Source: Felis catus (Eukaryota). From it: a stretch of DNA of 64,000 nt. Positions 1 through 12,900 of this stretch are shown here, one piece after another. A model generated the notes under the pieces. It searched no databases, was not told the DNA's origin, and was given only the letters and a program-made list of their open reading frames with translations. The position numbers were made by a program, and so were the translations under genes. Numbering within the stretch: the first letter of the stretch is position 1; the number at the start of each line of letters is the position of its first letter. The stretch covers positions 71,734,001 through 71,798,000 of the forward strand of contig NC_058373.1 of NCBI RefSeq assembly GCF_018350175.1, read 5' to 3'.

Positions 1-2229
1 CCATCCCCACACATGTATTTTTTATATATTTAAACAGGAAAAAAAATAAATAAAGCCGGAAGAATGAGACCTCCAACTGCCCTCCCACCTAGAACCAACT
101 TTCCACTTTTGCAACAATAAATGGTTCCCTGAAGTAACCCTTGGGAGCTCCCCCACCTTTCATTTGCATACAGGCCAAGGCTTGGGTTTTTACAGTTGTA
201 AGCTGACAGTCGGTGAAGAAAAGGAGAGGAGATGGGGCACAGCATCAAAGAGAATGGAGGTTAGTGAATATCCTGGGGCAGGATGGGAGGTCAGCCAAAG
301 ACGGGCACCTGTGAACAAGATGCCCCAGGAACAAAACCAGAGAGCTCCAGGCTAACTCCTGTGAGACAGTCCGTTCCACTTCACCCCTTTGCCAGTGTCT
401 TGCCTCTCTCACAGGAGACAGTGCCCATAGGAAACGGTCCCTTGCTCCCGGCTTTAGAGTTCGAAGAATGGTTGCCAGAATCAGAATGGTTTCGTATGTG
501 TGAGTGTATGTGGGCCAGCTGGTCAGGCACCCTCGTGTTCCCTGCCCCCGCACCTGAGGAGGAGCCCGTGGCCACTTGCAAAGGTGAAGCAAAAGGGGTG
601 TGTAGACAGGTGGTACATCCCCAGGCCCCAGTCTGCAGGGATGCTTAAAGAGGCCAGTTGCTGACTACTTCCTTTTAATTTCAATTTTGTTCAGAATTAC
701 TATCTTTAGATGTAGTGAATGTCAAATATAGAATGCATTCTACCTTTACTATTTATTTACCCAGTTTGGGGGAAATTCTGATGTTGGCAAGGAGAGAGGG
801 TGCAAACAACGAAATTGCTCTGGGCACCATTTACCTTGACCACACCCCTGGCCTCTAGTGAGAACTGATTCTCACTTTCCATTTAGTACCAAAATCTCTA
901 GAAAGGTGGCGTCTCCCACTCTGGCATTGCCCTAACTCTGTAAAGGAGTGCCCTCTGAAGTTTCACATCTCTCCCTCCTACTGCAGGATCAGTTTTGTGT
1001 GTACTTTCAGAGACTCACTCTTTCAAATCTCTTCATGAGTTCCAGACTTTCCAAGCTGACCCACAAGATTCTCATCACCGTAGTCTTCTAGTTTTATTCT
1101 CTTTCCCAGTAAACCCTCTCTTAGCTATCTTGGACTTCCATCCCTGAAGTCAGGGAATCACATCCCTTGAGAATGAGAGGAAGAGAGAAACAGGAGTCCT
1201 AAGCCTGAAGCAGAGACAAAAAGTAGGGAGTTTGTGATTCAGCCTTCTGTGAAGTCACCTCACCTCTCCTGAGCTCTGACCTTCAGAACAGGCAGGAGCC
1301 ACAGACTGTGGCTTCCCTATGTAGCTACTGCATAGAATCACAAAGAACACTGGGAGATTTGGGAGGGAAACCGAGACTGGGGGGGGGGGGGGGGGGGAGT
1401 TAGGAAGAACCATGCCAACCACAGGAGGGCACTGCATCCCCATGGGCTAGCCTGGAATGTCTAGGACCAACAAAGTGAAGAGGTCAGACAAGGACAGCGA
1501 ACCCCCCCTCCCTTGCTCCCAGCAGAAAACATCTCTCCCTCTTCCTAGCTCTTGGGTTTCTCATGCTGACACATCTATAGGAGAGGGACACACAGTCACC
1601 ACCATGTCACACACCACCTGCGTGACAGATACATACACACGCACTCACACGTGTACACATGGTATCCTTCCTCTTCTGAAGATTACCTTGCTAACGGTGT
1701 TCTCTGTGTGAGAAGACCTGCCTTCCTTCCCATAATGCACAGTAGCACCTTTTGCCAGGCAAGGCTGATGCTGGTTGGAGTTCTTTGCCTTTCTGCCACG
1801 TTTTGTTTACCTAGGAGCTAGTCAGTCCAGTGATTCCAATTGTGCTATTTCTTTAGGGTGGCATTAAAGCACTCTTTGCTACCTGCCCGGCATGAGGTCA
1901 CCCAACACACTTGCCATCAACAGCTAGCTCTATAACCCTGCGAGTCACCTGAGACCCCAGCCCCCTCCAGTCCTGGCCTCACACATTTATAGCAGTCTCA
2001 GTCCTGAGAGAGTGACGAAATGCTCAAGAGTCAGTAACATATTCCATGCCTCCCTTCCATGTCAGTGTGTCAGCACCAGACAGCAAGCTACATTAGTCCT
2101 CAGCTCAGTTTCATTGAGGAAAGCACATAATTGTGTGTGGAGTACCCTAGAAAGTACTCTGGCAAGTGACCTTGTAATATTCCATCCATAGCACTCTTAA
2201 CAATAACACTGTAAAAAAGTACCTTCCCT

Positions 2230-2437
2230 GGGGCGCCTGGGTGGCGCAGTCGGTTAAGCGTCCGACTTCAGCCAGGTCACGATCTCGCGGTCCGTGAGTT
2301 CAAGCCCCGCGTCAGGCTCTGGGCTGATGGCTCAGAGCCTGGAGCCTGTTTCCGATTCTGTGTCTCCCTCTCTCTCTGCCCCTCTCCCATTCATGCTCTG
2401 TCTCTCTCTGTCCCAAAAAAAAAAAAAAAAAAAAAAA
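2230..2437 (+). mobile_element. SINEC_Fc (young felid SINE)
   Basis: GGGGCGCCTGGGTGGCGCAGTCGGTTAAGCGTCCGACT... with CT tract and polyA; TSD AAAAAAGTACCTTCCC. Confidence 0.95.
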
Positions 2438-2746
2438 GTACCTTCCCATTTTTTTACTTTTTGTGCCCCAAGAGCCCAAGAATCAGCCTGCAACAGCCAC
2501 AATATCTGAAGTCCTTTTGCTGAGTATTGTTCATACTTGTTGAAAAGCTTCTCAGAGAACCACAGTCTAAAACTCCCTGAATTCTTGGATTCATGGGGGA
2601 GTAGGATTCCTGAGAGGAAATCCTTTGTGTTCTTGCTCTCCTGAAGGAGTCTTCAGATTGGGGTCAACTATGACCAACACAACCCCTGTAGTAACTGCGT
2701 GAGGTCTGGCCTACTGATTCTATTGAACCATCTAAAGTGGAATCTA

Positions 2747-2970
2747 GGGGCACCTGGGTGACTCAGATGGCCAAGCGTCCAATTCTTGATTTTGGCTCAG
2801 GTCATGGCCTCATGGTTTGTGAGTTTGAGCCCTGTATCAGGCTCTACACTGACAGTGTGGAGCCTGCTTGGGATTCTCTCTCCCCCTGTCTCTCTGCCCC
2901 TTCCCTGAACAAGTTCTCTCTCTCTCTCTCAAAATAAAGTTTTAAAAATTAAAAGTAAAATAAAATAAAA
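2747..2970 (+). mobile_element. SINEC
   Basis: tRNA-derived head, (CT)n tract, A-rich tail. Confidence 0.9.
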
Positions 2971-3329
2971 TAGAATTTAGGTGACCCCTAGGGAGGATCC
3001 TGCAGGAAGGTGGTCACAAGATGTCCTTGGACACTTCAGCCAGTATTCTGTACTTCCTGCTTCAGATCATGATGTTGGCGACATCAACTAACTAATAATA
3101 AGTCCCATAAAACCTACATAGCTCCTCTCTCCCAAAACTTGAAAATACTATCAATATAAAGGACAATACCATCCTATTGGAATAGGGGCCAGTGACCATG
3201 TAGTCACGTTCTGTGAAGTGTCCATGCCATATCTGAGAAGAGAATGTGGTTGGGCAGGGGGAAGTCATGAACAGGGGCATGATGCGGGCATACTCAGACA
3301 AGGAAGAATGGCACTCAGTTCCTCTACAG

Positions 3330-3335
3330 TTTATT
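3330..3335 (-). terminator. NDRG2: NDRG2 polyadenylation signal (AATAAA)
   Basis: TTTATT on the plus strand, about 800 nt downstream of the NDRG2 stop codon. Confidence 0.7.
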
Positions 3336-4134
3336 GTTACAGCAGAAATTGTGGGACACAGGAGGGCACCCTCCACACATAACACAGTGTAGTCAGAGCC
3401 CCAAGATAGCCCTTCCCACCCCTATGACAAGCCCCAAGCAGCCCTGCCCCAGCTTAGCTCCCTCCCCCTCCCACTCTAGACACACACTGTCTAGACAGCT
3501 ACCAAAGTTAGTGCAGCCAATGGCCCCAGGCCCCTTCCTATTGCCCCAGCTCCAATCCTTCCCTCATACTTGCTCATTGCCCACCACCTCCCATTCCAAC
3601 TTCCATTTCACACACTGGGTGTTTCTATACCATCCTGAGGACCATTAACCCACCAGCAAGCCTCCCCTGACACACATTCAGTTAGGTCCATACCCGTCAG
3701 AGATCTGAAGGGTTCATGAGAAGCCCTATCAGATTTGGTGAATGGAGTCCTGGCCCCAAGTCCCCCACCCTTGCAATGGGATAAGTAGGGAGAGTCTGGT
3801 GGAGGCACATGGGCAACTACAACAACCTCTTGTCCCTTATCAACAGACACCTAGATTAGGGAGAGGGGTACGTGCCCTCACCACCTTAACACCACAATGA
3901 GGGAGAGGGATACTTTAGGGGTCTGGGTCCCTAAGAGATACTGGGACATCTCTCCCAGGAGCTGAGGGGAATCACAGGTTAGAGGTCAAGGTTAGGGTAG
4001 CAATCAAAGATCAAGGTCATCTCCCCACATGATCTGCCCATCTTCCCTTACTCTGGCCCAGTGCCCTATGCACCTCCCAGGTTAGTGCTGGGGGAGGTGA
4101 GGGCTGGGTCCTACACCAGGGCAACAAAGGTCAC

Positions 4135-7100
4135 TCAACAGGAGACCTCCATGGTATGCCCTGGAGGCCCTGAAGGGAGAGTTCCAGACTCGCTGCTCTG
4201 GGACAGGGTGCGAGAGCGGGACCGGTTGCCGTCAATGGATGCTGCGCTGGTCAGGGAGGCTGTGCGCGATCGTGACAGGCGAGTCATGCAGGATGAGGCC
4301 ACTGTGGAGACAGAAGGATGAGCAGGTAGGCATAAAGGAGGTGAGACAGAGAGGCTGGCAACTCAAGAGTGGGGTGCTTGGGTGAGCCGAGAGTCACAAA
4401 TGGGGCTGGAGCGGGAGGTCAATGATTTGGCAGACGGTGGTAACTTCCAGAACTAGCCTGAAATGGTTCCCTCCCCCCACCCCTCCCACCCCCCCCCCCC
4501 CAGTGCCTATCCCTTCCCCACTCCTGTGCAGCAACCACTGTTCTCATGATAGCTTCTGACTCCCATACTCACTGTAGCCCATGCCTTGCAGGAAGTACTT
4601 GAAGGCCTCGGTCAGCTTGCCTGGCTGTGGAAGTAAGAAGAGGAGAGGGGGACAGTGAGGTGAGGTTAGAAGCTGAGTTGGAGGGTTGCCTGGGTGACTC
4701 AATTGAGCATCTGACTTGATTTCAGCTCAGGTCATAATCCCAGGGTCGTGAGATCGAGCCCCACGCCAGGCTCCACACTGTTAGTGCTTGGGATTCTGTC
4801 TCTCTCCCTCTCTCTCTGCCCCTCTGCTGCTCACGATCTCACTCTCTCTCTCTCAAAATAAATAAATAAACATTAAAAAAGAAAAAGAAGCCAAGCTGGA
4901 ACCCCAAGCCACGGCAGGTTAGGTGTGGAATGAGTGGCAAATGGATGAGCAACAAAGTGTATGGTTCAGAGTCACTAATATCCCATCCCATGGACGGCAG
5001 GGGTACTCACCTGAGTCAGCTGGGGCTGGCCTCCAGAGTCAGCCATCTGTGCAGGAGATAGAGACAACCATCCAGAAGACATAAATAAATGGAGCCATGC
5101 CAAGAGATAGAAAAGGTTCTCTTTTCCTTAGCCTCCCCACTCCAGGCCCTCAGGGTTTGCTTTCTTTATCCGCCCCACTTGCTCTCATGCAGGACCTGGA
5201 AGGCCTGGAAGCTGAATCTAGAGAGGATCTATGGCTCTGGACAGGGGGCCAGGAGTCAGGCGGGGTATGGAGTAGGGTTACTGACCTTGAGAAAAGAGGT
5301 CTGGGTGGGGTCCAGCTTTGAGTTACATTCCACCTGGAGTAAGCAGGAGGCTGAATGAATGAGGTCATACTCCCTGTGGCCCCTCCCTTCGAAGGGACCC
5401 AAGGACCCAGATCCCAGTTTCTTTCCCATCAGCCTCGTACCCATTTCCTTCTTACCAGGAATCAACCTCTTATGCCCCACAGTCACTCTCCCTGTTCCAA
5501 ACAGAGCTGGCCTCTTGGCAAGATACCCCTCTGACCACCACCCTCGATCTCCAACCCTCCCTCACCCACCCCAAAATTCCCTACTGACCACTGCATCTTC
5601 ATGGGGTGCTTGGTCTCCTACCACCAGCATCACAGGGCACCTAGAGGCATAGTGTCGGGAGAAGAGGGTAAGGCCCTGGTGCTCTGTCACCTGCCTTTTC
5701 CCAGAAGAGCAGTTAGACAATGTTTGACTCCAAAGAGGAGACGGTCTTCTGACCCTACCAAGACAATTCAAAGGGGGATGGACCTAGACAGTGAGATTTG
5801 CTTCATAGGACAGTGTGGGAGGTAATGAGAAAACTCCCTGTCAAAAGACTCTCCTTCTAAAGAATATAAGCACCTAGGGAAGATCCAGAGAGGGAGGCAA
5901 AGCTTTATCTCTTAACGTCTTACTTGAGGGTGACAGCACCTCCACGCTCAAGGTTCAGGTCTCGGCGGCTAGAGAGGGGTTCAAAGAGGAGCAGGAATGT
6001 TAGGCAGGCAATGCTGTCTATCCGGATGGAAGCCATCTCCTCCCTGAGGAAGCTCTCTTCCTCCCAGAAATTACAGTCAAATATTAATAATTAAAAGTGA
6101 GAAACAAGGGCATCTGGGTTGCTCAGTTGGTTAAGCATCTGACTCTTAACTTTGGCCCAGGTCACAATTCAAGCCCCACGTCAGGCTCTGCGCTGACAGC
6201 GCAGAGCCTGCTTGGGATTCTCTCTTGCTCTGTCTCTCTTGCTCTCTCTCTCAAAATAAAGTTAAAAAAAAAAAGTGGGAACCAAAGGGCAAGGTGGCAG
6301 GCAGGCCTTAAACACAATCCCTATGGTCATTTGTGCCCCAGGTCTCTGGCCAGAGGTCAGTGAAGGGGGAGGAAGGGCACATGGACAAGAGACCATCTAT
6401 CTCACTTCTGGGAATCCAAAAATCCAAGGAAAGTAAACAGGAGAAAGGGGGACGGCTCCATATAATTCATTCCATGGGGTCTGGCCCACAGCTGCCCCAG
6501 CTGCACACCAAATCCTGACCTCCTCGCACTGTGTACGTCCCAGACTTCGCTCTCCTTCTCTGCACCTCCCCACAACCCCCAGCTGCTGCTTCTACATTTG
6601 CTTCACGTGTGCGCACACACACCACCCACTCACTTGTTGTAGCTATTCCAGTACAGTTCAATGTTCTCCAGATTGGGTGCATGTGTAATGATATTTCTGT
6701 ACTTTTGTATCAACTCAGAATTTCCAGACAACTCCTCCTGAAGGAATGAAGAGGAAAAAAAAATCAGGATTGAGAAGAGAAGTCAACAGTTACTGGATGA
6801 GAAGAGCCAAGCTTTCCTCCCTCCCCAGATCCCGTCCCAGCTAAGGGAGTCACCCCAAGCATTCAAGACCCCAAGGTCCCCTCTACTTCCTCCAGCTTCC
6901 ACAACCACTTACTTGGCTGAAGAGATGTCCAAGGATCATCTCCGGAATGGAAGAGGTGAGGCCTGTTAGCTATGAGGAAAAAGGGCAGGTGAGCAAGCTC
7001 AGGATACCATGAGGAGAAGAAACCCAGGTTACAAAGTGACACACACATCTTCCCTGCTCCACTCCCCTTTCTTGACATTCACAGGCCAAGCAGTTATGCT

Positions 7101-10039
7101 AGTAGAGCCTAACTGGACCCACGCAAGCCCCGCCCCCCCCCCCCCCCCCAGACATCAACCCACAGGCTCCTCCAAACCTTGTGGGCTGCCCAATCCATCC
7201 AGCCCTTGGCATTGGGATCAATGTTGATGAGGACAAGACCTTCGACTGTATCCGGGTGAGTAAGCTGAGGAGTAGCAGGACGATGGGGAATCAGAGGCTG
7301 AGCAGGGCCTTATCCCTTCCCACTGAGCTCCAGCCAGTCTTAGGGGCCCATGGGGCCTGCCCCCCACCCCCTCCCCACAAACACATACTATTAAACCACA
7401 CTCTCCTAATCAGTCTGCCATGGGCCTTAAACCTTGTTTGGGTTGCTTTTGTGTTTTTGTTTTCGTTTTTATTTCTTACAGCATATCGTGACAGGATGTA
7501 GGCCCCAGCTCCAACACCAACTCCAATTATTGTGGAAAAACTGTGAAAGAGAAATGCGTGTCTAATGGGCCCTGGTGTCCAAAACTTTGGCTTTTCAAAC
7601 TCCTCACCCTCTCTCCCAAGGCCACACGCACAAAGGACAGAACACCATCTTCCCTTGAGGGGTGCTAAAAGGGAAGGCGCCAGGGAGCTAACAATTGACA
7701 CTGGTAGTCAGTGTAGGTCCGTGAAGTCTATCTTCAGCTCTCTTGGGAAGCCAGGGTCTTGAAAAGAAACACCCATCCCCCAAACAACCAGACGCTTGTT
7801 TTCCTACATAGCTCTGTGTCCATTCTCAATTCTCAAGAGCTAGTTCAACTTGTTCTGTTTTAGTTCCTGGTTCCTCGTGAGAAACCGGGAAGAAGGGAAC
7901 TTGAAGCAAGATGTTTAAAAAACAAAAACAAAAAAAACAACTTCAGTGAACAACAGGGACAATGGGGGAAACAGAGCCAACAAGGCAAACCGGAGCTGCC
8001 CATGGCCCGGGTGCCCAGGAAAAGCCAAGCCGGGAGTCCTCCGCACTCAGCATACATACCACAGAGGCTCACCTGGCTTTCCCTTCCTTCTCCCTCTCTC
8101 CCTCACACTCAGGGTGTGAGGGCTCCAGATCACCAGGTGTGTGTGTGTGGAGGAGGGGAAGTAGGAGGGAAAGACAAGTCCATCTGGCTCCTTGAGATTA
8201 TGTCACCCCTCCACTTCCTCCGACCTTCTGAATCAGAGAAGCCCCTCCTCAGCCTAAGGCAGGGCCACACATAACCCCTCCCTTTCCTGCCTCTATCCAT
8301 TAGGGCTACTCAGCTGACTCAAGTCCATTTCCAAACCTACCCCTTCCTCTCAACAGTCAGGTGCAGGCATGGAGGAGGAAGGATATATCTAGGACAGAGC
8401 CCACAACCCGTCTAGGAACCCTGGTGGACACAGGAGTTCTAAGGGCACCATTATGCCAGAGAGAGAACTACGGTTTGGAGGGGTACCCAGGCTTCTCACT
8501 TTAAGTACTGCAGGATGCAAGGGATCATATCTGCCAGCTGGTCCAGAGATGGGTACTGATATCTGGGGAAAAGAAGAATGTTAAGGAAAATACCAACCTG
8601 TCCCCGCTGCCCCGCACCTCAGGGTGTCCTATCCATCCTTTCCCGGAATCTCCACTGTTTCCTCCTCCCCTGAGTCCACTCTTCCCCACACCCCCTGTGC
8701 CTCACAGCCCAGTGAGGAAGGAGGGAGCTAATTCTCACCCCAAAGGGAACACAGGAGCCCCCTCTTCCATTCCAGGGGCATCCACATGAACTCGCACGAA
8801 GTTCTGAATGATTTCCTGCATATCTCCGAATTGAAACAGCGGCTGGAAGCAAGATTTATCTAAAGAGAATCCCCATCACCCCGATGGTAGAATCAGCCAG
8901 GGAAAAGCAACCCGAAGTCAGAACCCACCCTCTTTCTTTTATGCCATAGTCAGAGGACAGAACCTCCCCTTGACATGCCACATGGGTGCTGACCCTTCCC
9001 CATCCCTTAGGGTTTCACCCTTCCCACCAGCCTCTTCCCAGAAAGGGGTGGGAGGGGAAGGTGAGGTCCTTACAATTGAGTCCCACATCATGGTAGGTGA
9101 GTATCGCTGGGCGTTTGGGTTTGGGGGTGCCATAGACAGTAAAAGTGACAGAGCCATAAGGTGTCTCCACAGAGTGAGTCTGCAGAAAAACAGGTCACCA
9201 TCAGGAGGAGTCAGGCTGAGAGGAAAAAGAGGCAAGAGAAGGATGCCCACAAAAGTCAAAGTCAAAAGTTGGGGAGTTGAGGTATGGGAGGGGCAAAGCG
9301 AGGAGACAGGAACAAAGATTTAGAAATAGGATCAGCAAGACTTTGGTTCAGGTAAATAAAACAGTGGAAGATGATTCAGAGGGTGGAAAAGAATCCTAAA
9401 AGTTGGGAGAGCACCAAGGAACTCTGAGGAGGAGGAAAAAGGAAGGCAAGGGAGAGATGGGAAAGGGAAAGGACTGGAATGAAAGGAAAGGGAGCAGAGA
9501 GGGGAGAAAGAGCCATGTAGCAGTCCTCTCCCTACTGGGAGACAGGAGAACACCTCCTCCCACCCTGGGACTACTCCCAAGCTGTTACCTGTCCCTGGTC
9601 CAGGAGGATTCCGGCAGCTAACTCAGCCTCCTGGAGAGACACACACGGACAGACACACGCAGACACACACAGCCATGTAGAGTCATAGATGGAGAGACAG
9701 GCACAGATAAAGAAAGGCAAAGAGACCGACCGAGACGAAAGACAGAAAGAGATGACAAAAAGAGACATGGAGAGGATGAAGGTTAGTGCAGTGACAGGAC
9801 AAAGGCCTGACTCCCATTGTGGTGTATGGGGGAGAGACATGGGTACAGGTAGAGAAAACAGGGGTGTGGGTTAGAAAGAGATCATGGATTTGGGAAGGCA
9901 GGAGGCGAGGGGGATGCCCGCAGGCCTGGACTTCGGGTCTGGGAGTCGGAGGGTCTCTATTGACCTTGGCCACCTCAGGCGTCTGCCCTGGCAACAGCGG
10001 CTTCTCCTCTGTGATCTGCACCTCCTGCAGCTCCGCCAT
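4135..10039 (-). CDS. NDRG2: Protein NDRG2 (N-myc downstream-regulated gene 2), 371 aa, 15 coding exons
   Basis: Minus-strand coding exons, all GT-AG: 9965-10039 ([25 protein letters not shown], Kozak GCCACCATGG), 9589-9630, 9074-9179, 8739-8859, 8500-8562, 7480-7540, 7178-7264, 6913-6969, 6634-6737, 5924-5968, 5589-5640, 5286-5333, 5011-5046, 4573-4624, 4135-4301 (...[11 protein letters not shown]). They sum to 1116 bp with consistent phases. NDRG motifs [17 protein letters not shown] and [29 protein letters not shown] are present. Confidence 0.98.
4682..4890 (+). mobile_element. SINEC in an NDRG2 intron
   Basis: SINEC head, CT tract, AAAT tail. Confidence 0.85.
6107..6274 (+). mobile_element. 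SINEC in an NDRG2 intron
   Basis: SINEC head with an internal deletion, polyA tail. Confidence 0.85.
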
Positions 10040-10740
10040 GGTGGCCTGGTAGGATGAAGAAACACCAAAACTGGGGAGGTTGCCTCCACCCCTGCACATC
10101 TCATACACCTGGCTCCCTCTCTCAGCCCAGGACAGTGTAGGGTGCAGAAGGCCCTAGGAGAGGGAGCACACATCAAGCCTTTCTCGCCCTCAGCTCCATG
10201 TCCAGGCCGCTGGAAAGGCAGGCTAGTGGCAGAGGACTCAGGATACCACTTCTCTTCAGACTGGCCATCCCTCTGGCTACCCCTCAACACCCACACCTCC
10301 AGACCCCCCTCTCCTGTCATGCATAGAAATACCAGGGTGGGGCAGGAGTGTTGCTCGGATTTCCCATGCTATATTTAGGGGCCACCCCACACTCCCAGAG
10401 TAGGTAGGGATGAAACTCATGGCTCAGTGACTGGGTACACCAATGATACTAAGGAACAGAGTAGTGAGAGTTCATAATTAACTGTGACCTTCAACTAAAC
10501 ATCAAGGTCAGCAGCTCAAAGGGAAAGGGGTTAAAAATGACCCAAGTACCAAGACCAAGAGGGTGAGAGGGAAAAAAAGAAAAGAAGAACAAGGGACACC
10601 TGTATCCAACTGACCCAGTGCTTCCCTTCCTTCCAAGACTCTCCCTCCCTCCCCATTGTGAATAAATTAGCATACATTCAACATTAGTGGGGCTGGTGAG
10701 GAGCAGAACACCTGTGCAGCCTGGGGGTGGGGTCACTTAC

Positions 10741-10807
10741 TGGGCTCCTATTGGCTGGATGCAGTGGGGTCAGGGGTCAGGGTTCTCTCCCCTCCTGGCT
10801 CAGGGGT
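10741..10807 (-). other. NDRG2: Candidate NDRG2 alternative 5'-UTR exon (67 nt)
   Basis: Minus-strand acceptor CTTGTTTTCTCAG| and strong donor CCA|GTAAGT, located between the CpG-island exon and the ATG exon. Confidence 0.55.
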
Positions 10808-11299
10808 CTGAGAAAACAAGGCAATGAGGTGAATGACACGGGAGACAGACGCTGGGTCTTTTAGGGACAGAAAGCCTCAGCCAAGATCTGAACTACCTGG
10901 GTCACCCACCCTCCCCAGGTCACTAACCCTCCCTAATCTGTACCCCTGAGTCCAATGAACATGTCTTCTCTAGGTTTCAGCTAGAATCAATACAGGCTGG
11001 AGGGGCCTGCGGGGCAACACGGAGAGCAGGTATCAGCCCAGGCTGGGGGAGGAGAGAAGGAAGTGCTGATGTGGAGGAAAGAGCGTGGCTTGTGTCGGAA
11101 CCTCTGGATTCTAGTCCCGGCTCTGTCGCTGAGGGTGTGACCTTGGCCCACTCAGTTACTTCTCTTGGCTTCAATTTCCTATTTGCAAACTACAAGTGGG
11201 GACTAGGGGATCCTCAAGATTTTTGACAGCTCTCAAGTGAGATAAGGGTAGCTGAGCATGACTGTTTCGCACTTAAACGTTTAAAAACGAAATTTAAAA

Positions 11300-12900
11300 A
11301 GCCTCGTGCCTTCGAGTCTCTCCTCCACCCAGTCTCGGTGTGGGTGCCCAGAGCGGAGAAGGGAAGGGAGGGCGGCCCCACAGTCTCCTCCCAGCACCCC
11401 CCCCCCCGGCCCTCCCGCCCCGACGACCCGCAAGGGCCAAGCGCCAGCTGGGAAGGGATGGGTAGGAAGGATGGGACTGACCCGGACCTGCACCCGTCCG
11501 CACCTACGCTGCTCGCCCGCGTGGGGACCGACACCCTAGCGCGGCCGGCGCGGAGCGCCCGGGACCCTGGACACAACCTCGCGCACGCCCCAAACACGCC
11601 CTGCCGCTCGCGGAGCCTCCGCCTTTGTGCGCCGCAGCGCAGCGCCCCCTCCTTGCGGGCCCCTTCCCCCGAGCTGTCGGCTCCGAGGGATAGGGATCAA
11701 ACCGCCCACCGGCCCGACTGGCGCCATCCAGGCCCTGCGGCCCCTCGCCCGCCCCTCCCCCTACCTGCTGCCGCCGCGGCCGCTTCCACCTTCACTTGCC
11801 TTTGACTCTCCGGCCCGCCCGGCTCGGGCTCCCCACAGACCCGCCCCCGGCCCGCCCCAGCCCGCCCACGGGCCGACAGCTCCCTGCAGATCCGCCCCAG
11901 ACCCCCAGTAAACACGCCCCCCCTTTATCCCGCCCCAGGCTGTCTGCCGCTCAGGGAGGGGCTGGGCGGGGGACCCGAGGGGTACCCTAAGGGAAGCAAA
12001 CTGCTGGGTGCTTCCGCGTTCTGCTCGCGTTCCCCACGACATCCCCCCGCAACCGAGCGGTTGTGGGGTGTGCGGGGATCCCTTAGTCCTGCAAGGGATC
12101 CTCACGCCTGCCCTCCACACCGCCCCCACCCCTGACCTGGATCTGCCTATCGCACTGTGGTTCCTTCCTTCGCCCCCAGACCCAGTATGAGGACGGGCAG
12201 GGGGGGAGACGAACCCAGGGTGCTGACACCCCACGATTTCGACTCCGCTTGCCCGTAAACACAGAGCTAGGTTAAGGAAGAAGGAGGTGGGCGGGGATCG
12301 CCGCGGAGGAGGCGAGGGTCTCGCCCGCTGGGAGGGGCAGGTGTGCTAGCACCAACGGGTGGGGGTGGGGGTCGTCGAGGGCGCAGGAGTTTCAACTTCG
12401 GGGTGCCCAGGGTCCTGGTACCTCCTCTCTGTGCTGCGTCCCGACACCAGCTCTCGGCTGCTGAGAAGTTGGAAAACAAGGCGGGGAGGGGGGGCGGGGA
12501 ATGCGGGGGGCCGCTATAAATAGAGGGAGATCGCAGGAGGGGGGGCGAGGATGGCCAACGGGGACTCCCGGGTCAAGGCCCCAAGGGGGGACGGAGGAGG
12601 GGCCAGGGACCCCCAGGGGCTCTGACTCTAGGGTAAACAGGCGTGGGGGCGGAGTTAACTCTGCGGGGGTGGAGTAGGGGCTTGGGGAGGACGCTGTGTC
12701 CCGGGCTGGAACCCAAGAGACCCTGTGGCTTCGGCGGTAACCCCTCCTAGTCCGGCGCAGAGGAGGAGGGTGAGACAGGCTCGGCCCGGCTGTATCTCAG
12801 TGCCCAGGCGGTGTTTTCTCAGAGACTGCTGCGTGTCGCTTTCGGGGCCTGGGGTGGGTTTGCGGTCTTAGACTGCTCACTAACCCTATCCGACCCCCAC
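11300..12900. promoter_or_regulatory. CpG island, NDRG2 proximal promoter
   Basis: Very GC- and CpG-rich, with multiple GGGCGG boxes, immediately 5' of NDRG2. Confidence 0.85.
11765..11900 (-). other. NDRG2: NDRG2 proximal non-coding first exon (5' end approximate)
   Basis: Lies in the CpG island. Donor CAG|GTAGGG at 11764 and alternative GC donor AAG|GCAAGT at 11799. GC boxes and a GATAAA element are just upstream (about 11915-11935). Confidence 0.6.

Noticed and set aside
1-2200. Possible 3' end of an upstream gene (SLC39A2 is expected by synteny)
   Set aside because: No recognisable ZIP-transporter coding sequence; it looks intergenic.
2230-2310. tRNA-like A/B-box sequences in SINE heads (many copies in the window)
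   Set aside because: These are tRNA-derived SINEC heads followed by CT tracts and polyA, not tRNA genes.
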